A stretch of 63,867 nt of DNA, the filler included, from Squatina squatina (taxonomy: Eukaryota): the NCBI GenBank assembly GCA_031763465.1. It is 4 parts of 4 records of this genome, joined end to end, with 100 filler letters (N's around TTAATTAATTAA, not from the genome) between each part and the next. Parts side by side here need not be neighbours in the genome. Positions count along the whole stretch, not along the records: positions 1 to 14,094 come from JARFOE010000004.1; 3 more parts are not named here. The stretch is one strand, 5' to 3'. A program made the position numbers and the translations under genes. Of the stretch, positions 1-12,675 are shown piece by piece; position 1 is the first letter of the stretch, and every line of letters starts with the position of its first letter. The notes below the pieces were generated by a model. The model was given only the letters and a program-made list of their open reading frames with translations, had not been told where the DNA came from and did not search any database.

Positions 1-434
1 TCTGACCTTTAACAACCATCAGAAAGAAACACCATTGTCTCTTGTGTTTGAGCCCAAAGTGAGTCGGGGTCTCCAGGCTAAAAGGGCTTTATTATAAGGT
101 GCCGTGGGCACAAATCTGTACTCTTGCTGGTGTCGCTAAATCAACGAATGCATTCAAAAAAACATTTACAGCATCCCAAAAAATGGTTTCTAACATTCCC
201 ACATTAACCACAGTGTGGAATTTAAATGCTATACTATTGGGAGGGAGTGAAAACAAGGAAATTCCCAATTATGCATCAAGCCCATTGCAGCCAGCAGAAT
301 TTATTACAAAGACCACCTTTGTTGTGGCAGAGCAGCAGCACATTGCTACAATTTCCCAATGTTTGCCTCCATATTGATGGNNNNNNNNNNACTATCTTCA
401 CTCTATGCAACTCCTTAGTACATTACAACACATA

Positions 435-453
435 ATATATATATATATATATA
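435..453. repeat. (AT)n microsatellite
   Basis: Perfect alternating AT run. Confidence 0.95.
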
Positions 454-1134
454 CAAATATATTCTAGTCATCTGACAAACCAAAAGAAAAGGAAAGCAAT
501 ATAACCTTGTCTGCTTTACTGTATTAACTCGAGTACACCAGCCTTATATTGTTAGACTGCCACAAAATATTTACAATTTCAACATGGATAGACTATATAA
601 TTCCTGCAAAACCAAAAAAAAAATGATCTTCACAGTTAGCTGCAGGACTGAATAGTATGTAATGCAGATTGGGTTTATGATAGTTTTGAAATACAACCTG
701 TCTGTCTAATAAAAAGTGATCCAGTCCCTTTGAGTACATAATCAATAATATATCCTTCCACTTGGCTTATCAATAGGAGAATCTCCTTTCCACTAATGGC
801 TGCCCTTTTTAGTTTCAGTAAAAAAGTATTCTAACATATCACATAAATCAGATAAGCTGGCTAAAACTCCTTCACATCAGCAATAATCCTCTCAGCACAA
901 TGAAATGTAGCTGCAGCACTGAACTTGCTTGATTTGAGAAATAACTGCATTACAATATTCTAGGCTGTAGTTCGCAATGATTATTTTATCATGTCAAGCA
1001 CTTCTGGGATTAGATTGTGGTTTATTTTATAAAGAAGGTTTGTAAAGTAATGTTGGTATCATATTGAAATAGGACAATGAATCTCAAATTTAACCCATCA
1101 TGTTGCCCAGCTCATTTTGTGTATATAATGTTGA

Positions 1135-1440
1135 TATTTTTTGCCCAATTTTCCCCTCCTTTTTCTCTCCACCTCTCCTGAAAGTAGTGATTTATGCTGG
1201 CTACAGTTCCATGAGTGCCAACAGCCCTCCAGTATCTCTCCCAAGTGGCCACTCTTCCCATATGACTCTGCATATGTATCAGCATGTTGTGGGTTGGAGA
1301 ACGCCACAGTCGATCCCAAATCCTCCCGTTAGTGAAAAATTTGACCTTTCCAGGGTTCACTCGATGGTGATCAGGAATGCTAGCTCTTTGATTTTCTTTT
1401 TCTTCTCCCTAGCCCAAGGGCAATGTAGTTAACTCCAGTA
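1135..1440 (-). mobile_element. Degenerate SINE (family A; other partial copies at ~12385, ~20630, ~45130, ~53685, ~58400)
   Basis: Reverse strand reads GAGTGGCCACTTGGGAGAGATACTGGAGGGCTGTTGGCACTCATGGAACTGTAGCCAGCA...TTCAGGAGAGG...GAAAATTGG. The same 3' blocks recur at 53780-53870 and 58500-58560. Confidence 0.7.
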
Positions 1441-2595
1441 CAAAGCTCAACTGGAAATTCAATGGCCCTGATTTTACAGTGTTTCCATAAGTGTACGTAC
1501 AACGTACGNNNNNNNNNNNNNNNNNNNNNNNNNNNNNNNNNNNNNNNNNNNNNNNNNNNNNNNNNNNNNNNNNNNNNNNNNNNNNNNNNNNNNNNNNNNN
1601 NNNNNNNNATGATGCTAAAAGTGCTTGTGATGCATTTTTCCGATTTATAAACCAGTCTATGATTGACCAGATTTGTGTCAATAGATAGACAATATGGAAT
1701 GTATCAGTTCTGGGAACATGTTTCTAAGAGCCCTAGAAGGTCACAAGAGCAATTGTATAACTCTTGTATTCAAGAAACATGCTGGCCAGCGATCTATAAA
1801 AATAAAACATTTAGCAATATAAGTTAGGCAGTATCAGTTCGCATTTAAATTGACGTTGATTGAAGATTTATTTACAGATCAATTGCAGACAAATCTCTGA
1901 ACGACCTCGGACTTCTGTGCATACTGCAGTTACTTTATAAGCGGACACCAGATACCAACCTCTTCCTGAATGATGACTGATCTAACTAAATAAACCTTGA
2001 CCGACTTACGTATAAATTTTCTAGGTAAGTCGTTAAGTTTATTATTCAAAATCTCAGAGGCTTCATTTGTGGCTCACCATAGCAGTGACAGTTTACCCAT
2101 TCTTGCAAGCATCAAAGATATCTCTTATCCATTAAAAGGAAACCAGGAAATTAGATCCAAAAGTGCATTTATGCCAGGGAACCAGTTCTACTGGGAACAA
2201 TGTTAATTTTCTGACTGTAGTTTCTCCCCGAGTTGCACATGTGCAAACAACATGCCCAAAGATTATGCATATGTGCATACAAAAACTGAGGGAAAGGAAT
2301 GGCTTTAAACCCAAGTTCCTCACATGCACACACACTGGAGCTGAGGTTCTAACCATTACCATGCAAGAAAATATAGCCTAGTGAATTGCACTTAGTCTAG
2401 TTTCAGGTACATTAGATGGACCTATATGTAGAGGTCACAGTGTTAATGCTACATTTGATATAAATTCAGGCGGTGACACTGCACTGCCATTCGTGTGGCA
2501 GAACGGAATTTCTGCCCATCTGCCTGGCCGCATGTGATCCCAACCCAAATCGCAGGGATGGGGCCATTTAAATATTAGAGGAGGGGGAATGTTCG

Positions 2596-2654
2596 AGATT
2601 ATATTACTGGACTAATGATCCATAGACGTGAGTTCAAATCCCACCACAGCAGTT
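2596..2654 (+). mobile_element. 5' head of a tRNA-derived SINE, truncated by a gap
   Basis: Pol III B-box-like GAGTTCAAATCC at 2630-2641; no full cloverleaf. Confidence 0.65.
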
Positions 2655-3791
2655 NNNNNNNNNNNNNNNNNNNNNNNNNNNNNNNNNNNNNNNNNNNNNN
2701 NNNNNNNNNNNNNNNNNNNNNNNNNNNNNNNNNNNNNNNNNNNNNNNNNNNNNNCCTCTCCTCTTTTCTTTTTTGACCTGTCCTGACTTATCCACGTCAG
2801 TCCTGTACAAGAAGCTTCTCCAGTCTGTCTGTGACAGATCTGACAAGGGTTCGCAACCAAATGTTAACCCAACTTTCCTGTCAGATGCTGATCAAACTGT
2901 TAACTTCTGGAATCTTTTGTTTCTTTTTTTTCCAATCTCTAGCATTTATGATATTTCTTCTTTATCTCAAATATTTTTGTTGCTTGGCAAAACTTAGGTG
3001 CATTTACAGTTTAAGAATCAGGTCGATACAACATTCAATTGGGCATTTGGTAGTCCCCATTAAAAAGTCTATTCTTTCCTCTTTGAGCTAATTGCTTCAA
3101 GTCTGTAATACTTATCTAAAGACTACAGTCTTCCCCAGTATATGATTTGTTTTCTGTAAATCTATTTATAACTGTGAGAAGACGGGGCATTTTGTGTCAA
3201 GGCCAAAAATAAGTGATACTGCAGCTTTTAACAAGTAGAAATTTTAAAAAACTCTTTGGTAGTTTATATCCGCCTAGGTAACCTGAGGTAGGGAAACCGT
3301 GCCAATTCTCTTCAGAATGTTTATGAACTTTCTTTTCAGTTCCAGTGGTTTAATGTTATGTGATTCAGTCACACTACACAGCTCCTGTTGTGCTCCTAAC
3401 TGTCAANNNNNNNNNNNNNNNNNNNNNNNNNNNNNNNNNNNNNNNNNNNNNNNNNNNNNNNNNNNNNNNNNNNNNNNNNNNNNNNNNNNNNNNNNNNNNN
3501 NNNNNNTTCAAAGTTGGTCACTCCATTTATAGAGGTTTATGACATTTTCCCTTGCTTATTGGAAATTAAAGGAGACAGTACATTGTCACAGATTTACCAT
3601 AGAGTATAATTTTGCTCACAACTTTTCAGTACTATACTACCCTGTCCATAACTCAAGTTTTGAGTATTTTAGTCAGAGTAGAAAAGTACTTGTCCCTTTA
3701 AAAATTCGGTTCAAGAGGAGGTTAATGAAATAGTTTTAAAGTTTTTCAAGTGCTCTCCAGTTTATTGAAATGATACCTGGAAGAAACTCTC

Positions 3792-3978
3792 AGAGTAATT
3801 TTCTGACTTCACACCCCTGCTGGGGAGCTTCACCTTCTCAACAGGGCTAGCATACATGGGTAATTCAGGAGCTCACATTAGATTTAATGGTTGGAAAAAT
3901 CACATGCAGCACACACCCAAACGCCCTCCTGGTGGGTGAGGCTTTGCACCACAAGCACGAACTCAGAAAATTACCCCT
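3792..3978. mobile_element. MITE (probably Harbinger-type)
   Basis: Imperfect terminal inverted repeats AGAGTAATTTTCTGA ... TCAGAAAATTACCCC followed by TTA; non-coding interior. Confidence 0.6.
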
Positions 3979-6018
3979 TATATGTACTTGGTGAGAAAAA
4001 AAGATTTCATTCTGTTTAAACACTATGACACAAATAGTCCTGGATGTGAGCTGGCAGCTGGTGATCTGCGTTCCGATCCACCTACATGCAGGCCAAACAT
4101 CCTGCTTTTAATTAACTAAAACATTCCACCAAGTAAACAGGATTGATGGCAGGGTGCAGGTCAGTGACTTGTCACAATTGCTCACCCAACACACACAAAC
4201 ACACGTACACAGTGTACTGACACAGCCTTGTTTTCTTGGAGCAACTTCACCTTTCAGTAACAACAACCTTCTTGTTCCTTCCGCCCTCAGCAGGCTAGAA
4301 ACGTCATTCCAGTTCTGCGGTAAGCACTCTGTTAAAAGAGAAAAAAAAGCCTGCTTTCAATATCATCACATTAGTTTTATTGAGCCTGCGAATACTTTCT
4401 CATCTCTTAGGAACTTTGCCTATACTGCANNNNNNNNNNNNNNNNNNNNNNNNNNNNNNNNNNNNNTTAATATATTGTTCTACAACAGTCAGAAACACTC
4501 TAAGACAAGTACCAGTTTTTTACACCAATAAGCTCGGTAGTGAGTTTAAGTTTGATTTACAAAGCAATGCAACCTCTAATTATATGCAACATCAATAAAA
4601 GTAAGATGTAACTAAAGTATACCATATAATTTCAGTTCTTATACTCGCTTACCTTTTTATTTTTAGCAGTTCACAAAATCTCAAACATATGGCAAATTAC
4701 GTTTTACAGAAGCCTCTAAAATATGTATTGCCTCTGTACAAATTAAAATGCACCATATACAATGATAAGTAAATACTGCAATTGGATACCAGCATTTTCT
4801 GTGAGTCATATACCATTTGTTGAAACTTGCAGTGCAATCCATAAGGGCAGGCTTAGTATTTCCATATATCCATCACAATTAACCACTTCACTGGAGTACA
4901 CTGTACCTATTATTCCTCAGTGGAACAAACTTATCATTCTATTTGCAACTGTTATCTGATACTGCTGTGCAATCATCAACAATTTTACATTTGTGTCACA
5001 TGTTCATATGAAAAGCTTATAAAATAAATGATTCAAAACACATTGAATTCGAACAGAAACAGGTAATTGAGGATGATCAGTCCAAACGCTACGATGTCAC
5101 TGTTACTAAATGCCATGACCGAATTTTTTTTTTAATTCTGAGAGTGAATGGATCACTTGCTGAGTCTCCACAAGTTTCCTTGTCCTGCCTGCACAATTTT
5201 AACTTTGCCAAGTTAAGTTGGTCTCTCTTTGCAAGAGCTGCTCCACAGAAGGGTGTTCTGAGTTGAATATTGTAAGATTCATGGCTTAGCTGTTCAAGAT
5301 GACATAACCACTGGAATAGTCTACTCAGAACAGGGGAAACACCACACGTTTTTAAAAAGGTATATGTTTTGGGATTTTAAACTTTTGATTATATAATTTT
5401 AACAAAAGATCTGTTATTTATCAGAATTCAAAAAAGGTCTGTCATTCATAATATAAATTGGAGAGTTCCTTTAAATTGATGGCTGATACTNNNNNNNNNN
5501 NNNNNNNNNNNNNNNNNNNNNNNNNNNNNNNNNNNNNNNNNTGATTGGAGGGAAGGAGTAAACGATTAATAGAATCTGTGGCTAGAATTGTTGGCCAACT
5601 GGTTAACCACCACCTCCTGGAATCCTAATAACGATACATACACACATGAAAAGCATATACAGTGAGTAGAAATATTGCTTCTTGCCTTATGTACAATGTA
5701 ATCTGGCATGCAGCAACAAATAAAGCCTTTTATTCCAGCTCAAAGGAAGTTAATTTGAACATCCTCACTAAGATATGTTGGGAAAATTGCCCAAATATGC
5801 ACATTGGCATGGTGCTCAGCTTACTAAACTATTATTCTAAATACACCTAATCACATAAGATATGTTTAAAAAAATAATTTATCAAAGGCATTTTGTGAAT
5901 AAAACAAAAATATACAACTTGCTAAACTGATCTCAAATGCCATTTTTCAGACTGCAAGCCCAAATATATATTTTCCACAGTACCTATTTTGCAACAACAC
6001 TTCATATTAAAAACAGCT

Positions 6019-6137
6019 GGGATAATTTTGACTTTGGGCAATAGTGTAATACTTCAATGGAAATAAAAATTGGGAGAGATGTATAATAGTTGGCTGAATC
6101 GATATCGTTAGTTTTACACTATTGCCCAAGGCCAAAG
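6019..6137. mobile_element. Short palindromic MITE
   Basis: TTGACTTTGGGCAATAGTGTAA (6028-6049) is the reverse complement of TTACACTATTGCCCAAGGCCAA (6114-6135) with 2 mismatches. Confidence 0.7.
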
Positions 6138-6215
6138 TGTGAGTGGTTGCAACATTCCTTTGTAACTGCCTTTGTAGGTGACATTGTCAGCGTAACATTA
6201 TATTATCTAATATTA

Positions 6216-6599
6216 TGGGGCTGAATTTGCTACCTCCAGACCGCGTACAGGTGCGCATGCGCCCATGGAGGCCTCACAAGTGCCGGGGATATCCATGCGA
6301 AGCGCATGCGCCTACAGCTGGCAGTTGTAATCCGTCATAAACTGACTTGACAGATCCACCGCCTGGACAAGAAAAGAGGTTTCCTGGGCGGAGAGTTGCG
6401 CTATTTGCTCAACCCTCGCCCATAGAAATCTCTAAACTTTTACACATGGTAAAAGCAAGCGCACAGGCTTGGTTTTACCAGCATAAGAGTTCTTAAAAAT
6501 GTAAAAATAAAATAAATTACTGGTACATTATTTATAAACCATTTTCATTAAGGTAAGTATATCTTTAAACATTTTAAAAGATTTTAAAAAATCAAAAAA
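6216..6599. mobile_element. Non-autonomous DNA transposon end (Harbinger-like), truncated by a gap
   Basis: Starts GGGGCTGAATTT like other Harbinger-type termini here; locally CpG-rich with GCGCATGCGC motifs. Confidence 0.5.
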
Positions 6600-6699
6600 N
6601 NNNNNNNNNNNNNNNNNNNNNNNNNNNNNNNNNNNNNNNNNNNNNNNNNNNNNNNNNNNNNNNNNNNNNNNNNNNNNNNNNNNNNNNNNNNNNNNNNNN

Positions 6700-6737
6700 C
6701 CAAATGGCCTCCTTCTGTGCTGTATGATTCCATGATC
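6700..6737 (+). mobile_element. CR1-clade LINE/SINE 3' terminus
   Basis: AAATGGCCTCCTTCTGTGCTGTATGATTCCATGA, the elasmobranch CR1-type tail; matches 26858-26890. Confidence 0.75.
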
Positions 6738-9700
6738 TAATATAAAACTGAAAAAAACTAAATATAACTACAAGTGAAAAATGTAGATTACACAAGAACT
6801 ATTCTTAATGATATTGAAAAGTGATGTTGATTACATTATTATTTACTACCACAATATCAAGCTATTGCTAATGTACTATGTTAATACCTAACTACAAAGA
6901 TAAAATCCTGAAGTCTATTTGTGTACAGCTTTGGTACTAATGATTTCATTTATTATTTTTATTTTTTCCTCAGTTCTTCAAAAGTATCAGTTCGGGTATA
7001 CATGCTTGCATGCCACCCTATGAGAAGCTTTTCATTTCACTTCCTTTCATACTTCCAATTTGTTCAAATGTTTATGACATAAATCAAGCCATGATATAAG
7101 GCCAAGACACTCAAAGCCTTCATTTAAGAACAGTGGAGGGAGCCCTGCCCCTAAGAAGGGAAATTCTGGCTTGGATGCTCGCTGGCAGACTACAAAAGGA
7201 AAGGCAGGATGTACCATTAGCTTTCATTCCATTCCAAATAACCTGGAACCCATAAACCAGATATTATATGTAAATGTGTGTACACATTTATATGTATCTA
7301 TTTATATATTTTAAAAAATTATTCTCCATCTGCACAAGAAAGGTATCGCTTGCAGAGAAAAATTTTCTCCATCAAAGAAAGTGCACTAAACTAACTGCCA
7401 CATCAGTTTAGAGGATCTTGTTTTGGTTTGCTCAGCATTGAGTTTATCTTTGATCTAGTAAGTCTAGCACTGAGAGGAAGTTCTATTGAACACTGTAATG
7501 CAAATGAAATTGTTTTTAAAGCATTAAGAGATGACTAATATTTCCTATGGCAGTTTGTGGGCAATATATACACAACTGAACTGATACTCTACNNNNNNNN
7601 NNNNNNNNNNNNNNNNNNNAATCTGTCTCGGTAAGTTTATAATATGCGGATGTTGCAGGGGAAGTAATATAGGCATATCGCAACAAAAACTTCCTTCCTG
7701 CGCAGAAGAAAGAAAGTACTTTGGTTCAGGCTATAGTAGCTCCAACAGCTCGAAGACTGTGAGGGATTTGGGCATTAACACATCAATTTTTCCAGAATTA
7801 ACTGTTTACTTTTGCAGAATGGAAAATAAAATAAATTATAAGCAGATGTGGCAACCGGCTTTAAAAAAGAAACAAATTGAGAGTCATATTTTTGAAGTTG
7901 TCATTCACACTAGGTTTATTCTATTTATTCTATGATAACTTCAGTATAATTTCTCTTCTGACTGCATCGGTTGCATTTGATAACCATTAGATTTGCTTTT
8001 TCACTTTCAGATCTGTAAAACTGAGACTTTAAAAAAAGTCCAACTAAAATGGATTTTCAAGGCATTTTTCCTAGTTATTAGGAGAAATATATATTAGCCA
8101 GTTATATAGCTAACACTTATCAGCAAATATTTCACTGTTGTACTCAATATCTGAAAAAAAGTTGTTCAACAATCACCTAAAGGCAGATTAACATACACCA
8201 CTGCTAATTAAATAGGCTAACATACAGATTGTAAGAATTGTTAACATTAATGAAATTGAATATATTAATATAATAAAAGAACAATGCCTTCTAAGAGCAT
8301 CAGTGAGGGGAAAAAATTAAGCTTATAGCATTATGAAATAGATTAAAAAGATGGTTGAACTCAGGCTGTGATATTAGTAATGAATGTATTGATGCATCTA
8401 TATGAAATCCGTTACCAGTTATTTTAATGACACACCAACCTATTTACTTTAAATGACTCAACNNNNNNNNNNNNNNNNNNNNNNNNNNNNNNNNNNNNNN
8501 NNNNNNNNNNNNNNNNNNNNNNNNNNNNNNNNNNNNNNNNNNNNNNNNNNNNNNNNNNNNNNAAATGACTCAACATCTTTGTTAAAATAGCAGCTAGAGA
8601 AACTTCAGCTGAATGCGTTAATGCATCATTACTAATTAGCGAGTGCAATATCAACCCATAAGTGGTCTGTAATATTTTAATTATTTAAAGGTCATGATGA
8701 AAATCAATGGAAGGGATACTATACAGTTCTGAACTTTCTTTTTCTGAAATTGAAATAAAAATGGTGACACAGGCCAGTGGTTGTTGATTCAATCTACCCT
8801 ATTGTTACATAAACATTGTTGAGCAACAGAGATTTTTTTGAACACATACATCTAAGACTGTCAAGGGAAACAATATTCCATTTACTCGACTTCAGGGCAG
8901 AACATGGTATATCCCAAAGGAAAGCAAGTCCAGCTATATTAGCTGCTTTATTAGCAAGACAGGAAGTACAAACTTCTTTGACTCCCTTCATAATATTGTC
9001 CGAAAGGCCCAGCCATGTCAAAGAAAGTTATTCATGACAGGAAGCCAGGAACTTTTTCCAGATTCGGCAGCAAGGAAGGAAGAAAATTGTTTGCCTCAGC
9101 TGTCCTCTGTTTCTTGAGTCCTGTTTAGAGCCAACAAAGCAGGAAAGGGGGTGGGGAAAGAATAAATGAAAAGGAATAATGTTTATCTTTAAACAGATCT
9201 GTGATGCTCGCTGCTGAGTTGGAAGAGCAAGATTTTCACAATATCCGAAAGATAAATGGTCTGTTCAAATATGGATGACAGTCCAAATGACGGACTATCC
9301 TGCCAAGTGGAAGTTATAAATGCAGTGATATAAAATGTAAATTACTGTATATTTTATTGACAAATTTAGCTTCTGTTGTGAATGTAGCCTATTTTAAAAC
9401 TATTAGCACCACTTTCAGAATAAGACTAATGACGCCCCAGTCTTGAAGACTAGGCCAGATTTATTTTAGACATGTAGGTTATTTGTGGATCAAGGAGCTT
9501 TATGCTGCATCATAAAATCAAGTCCAGATTATCTCCACAGCTAAATCAGTGGAAAATGATGGGTCAAATGACTCACTTTCAATAATATATGTGCTCTGCT
9601 GTTCACTGTGTTGCTTACAGGAAGTTTCAATTTGCCACAGAACTCCCACTTTGCTGTTTTGCCTATAATAAGACTTGAGAAATGAACCCCGTAAACTATT

Positions 9701-12384
9701 CTGCTAAAATCTGAGGACAGCATGTAGTGTCAAGTGTTCTCAAGTTGTCAACCCAATTCAGGAAGGCATATCAATGTCACTTTGCCAGTGAACTGCCTGG
9801 GAATGCACAACAGACGTCCACGGGTCTAATTTAAATGCGGTCCCTGCTTTCAATCAGGCCTCGGGCCTACCTGTTCCAGTGCAAGCATTGTTCCCTGTGC
9901 TTAGCTGGTGTCTGAGGCTGTCTCTGTGCAGTTTGCACCTCTAAGTGTTCCCAGAGGGAAAAGTGATAACACGACCACTATTTTTCCNNNNNNNNNNNNN
10001 NNNNNNNNNNNNNNNNNNNNNNNNNNNNNNNNNNNNNNNNNNNNNNNNNNNNNNNNNNNNNNNNNNNNNNNNNNNNNNNNNNNNNNNTCAAGTCTGTTGG
10101 AGTACAGACACTTGTTTTGTTTTTTGACTTGAACCCTGAAATGTCAATTTCTTCCTGTTTTAACCTGAAAGAAATCACTGGTTTGGTAACTTTAGGTTTA
10201 GACAAGTGAAGATGCCCAATAGCTGAGAGTTGAGAGCTGCCGTAATTTGTCCCAAGGTCTGATGGAAGCAGTCTCCCAAAAGGAATTGTAAGAAGAAATC
10301 TTACGAGATCCAGAGTTAAGAGAGTGACTACCACCGATTATCACCTCCTTGCATAGAACTGCCACTCCTCATCCCCTCTTCACCCCACCATGTTGCTACA
10401 TCCAGGGATGAAAAAACACTAGGACTGGAGCAGGCTTGCTGCATGTTCCAGTGCCAAGCCAGAAAATACATCAGCATGGACACATGCAGAGTTTGTGTTG
10501 CACCAAAAAGGAAATTGCACTCCCAAACCTTAGCACATGTGGCCCATGGGGNNNNNNNNNNTGTGCACAATCCAAACATTTTACAGTTTACACGTATAGT
10601 TTAAGTATTTGCCAAACAAAAATTAATCGCTCGTCATTCAAATCGAACTGTAGCCAGTATAGGACTTCACTCACTTCTCCTGTTCAGTTTACAAAGCCAA
10701 AATCATGCAATAACCATCCGAAAGCAAATGACCCTATTGGGACCTGATGCGAGAGATCTTTAGGTTTATTGCTCCTCTACATTAAACAACGTCAGCAATC
10801 ATGCTTCGGATTTGAATTGTAAATAGAGCTCGAGACTCTTGTGGATCAGACTTTTCTTGCTGAGTGTTCAGTTAAAAGACCCAGCAATTGTCCTTAAACT
10901 GGTACGTATAGTTGGTTTGCCAATCACTGGCAACAAATATAAATGTAGCATAACAATTTAAAGAGGTCAGATGATAAAAATAGACATAAGAGCTCCAGTG
11001 ATTTATTTAAATCTTTGCTGGCTCAGAAAAAATTACATTTTCTTTCAACTTTTTAAAATATTTTCATATAGGGTGAAGCAAACCCGACACTGGCTGATTG
11101 ACAAATACAGTTTGGCAAAGCTTATTCGTAGTCATGGTTAGTTTGCTTTCGTGGAAGAAAAGAACAGCAGCAAATGTGATTTACATTAAGGCATCTACAG
11201 TGTCTGTAGGTGGAGTAAAATGGGCAGGGGCTGCTAAACAGCAGACCATATTTAGTTCTCCAGTACAATATAGTTAGATGCATTCAAAGCTCATCTTGGA
11301 ATAATTTATAAAACATTATGATTTAAAGGACAGTCAGCGAGCTGCAGTAGCTCCAGTAGGGAGAGGGGGAAGTGAAACTAAATCATAGGTGAATAGCAGG
11401 TAAGGAGCACAGGCAACAATCNNNNNNNNNNNNNNNNNNNNNNNNNNNNNNNNNNNNNNNNNNNNNNNNNNNNNNNNNNNNNNNNNNNNNNNNNNNNNNN
11501 NNNNNNNNNNNNNNNNNNNNNGTATTAACAAGACTCTTCGGAGGATTTGTAGCACAACTATGTAAGATTCTAAAGTAATATAAAACACATTAACTGTAAT
11601 GGAAAAGAATATTTAGTGATGCTTCAGCTGCCAAAAAAAAAATATTTATTCTCCTAAGAGAATTTCATAAACTTTTTTTTCAAGAAAATTACAGCTGCCA
11701 CAAATTACTCACAACAATTTCAATACTTTGAACTTTGACCACTTAAAACTAAAAACACTTTTACATATAAATATAACTTTTTATAGCACTGTTATTACGT
11801 ACTGTGAATGGGGAAAGAGGGCCAATTTTGTGGCTGTACCGTCGGATCACCTCTCTGATGTGGCTGGGCTGGATGGCATCACTGTGAGTCTCTAGACCAC
11901 AAGCTGCAGCACTCTGTAACATAAAATCATAAATTCTTAACTAAATCAAAAACACTTTAAGACAACTCCACATAAAAGACCGATAGTACAGCAGCCTCAA
12001 CAAAATTACTTTTCAAATTGAATATATTCACATTACATAAATTTATGTAAAGGCTCAGCATAGGAGTGGATCAAGGAGAAAAGCCTGAAAAATTATCTGA
12101 AAGAAAATTACTATCTGGATATAACAACATTTGATATAATGCAATAAGTGGATGCTTAAACTTGAGTCACATTTCAAAAAGAAAATTGCACTTAATTACT
12201 ATCTGTTTTCCTGGGTACTATGAATTATTTCATGAAAGCGATTGGTAATTTTACTGCCCACGAGATTGATTGCATGTGTGAACTGTCATTCACATGTGCG
12301 AAGTAACACATGACCATCAGTAGCTGTGCAGTGTTCCTCAATTCATGTAAAGATACACTTAACTATGCCAACTAGGAAATTCAT

Positions 12385-12675
12385 AGGTTGGATCTCGGTT
12401 TATGCTGATCTCAGCCAGAGCACTGGTAGAGATGCTACAATTGGCCACTGGGCTCGGCAGAGGAGAATGCAGCCAGGGAATCCTGGTCCTGATATGAAAA
12501 TACAAAATGCTGGAAATACTCAGCAGGCCAGGCAGAGAAACAAAGTTAATGTTTCACGTCGATGAGCTGGTCCTGATTGCCGACTAGTGATCCAAGTGCA
12601 CTTACGTGCATGTTGGCGAGAAAGAATTGAACTTGGCTGCGATGCCTCCACTGGGGAGTAGCCAATCAATACTCA
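12385..12675 (+). mobile_element. SINE family A copy interrupted by a 73-bp insertion
   Basis: GCTGATCTCAGCCAGAGCACTGGTAGAGATGCTACAATTGGCC...GCCAGGGAATCCTGGTCCTGAT body, similar to the copies at 20630-20830 and 45130-45345. Confidence 0.65.
12494..12566 (-). mobile_element. 73-bp Penelope-type terminal fragment with 11-bp target-site duplication
   Basis: Flanked by exact CTGGTCCTGAT at 12483-12493 and 12567-12577. The insert (AAAATGCTGGAAATACTCAGCAGGCCAGGCAG...GTTAATGTTTCA) resembles the shark Penelope terminal repeat as I recall it. Confidence 0.7.

Noticed and set aside
2596-2654. tRNA gene
   Set aside because: Only a B-box-like motif is present with no acceptor stem or cloverleaf; it is a SINE head.
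2838-2930. Possible miRNA hairpin (TCTGACAAGGGTT...AACCC...TGTCAGA)
   Set aside because: The stem is short and imperfect, and the sequence resembles a decayed Penelope terminal repeat like the 12494 insert.
9197-9320. Selenoprotein-like exon (ICDARC-TGA-VGR)
   Set aside because: No recognisable selenoprotein motif or SECIS; the frame ends shortly after.
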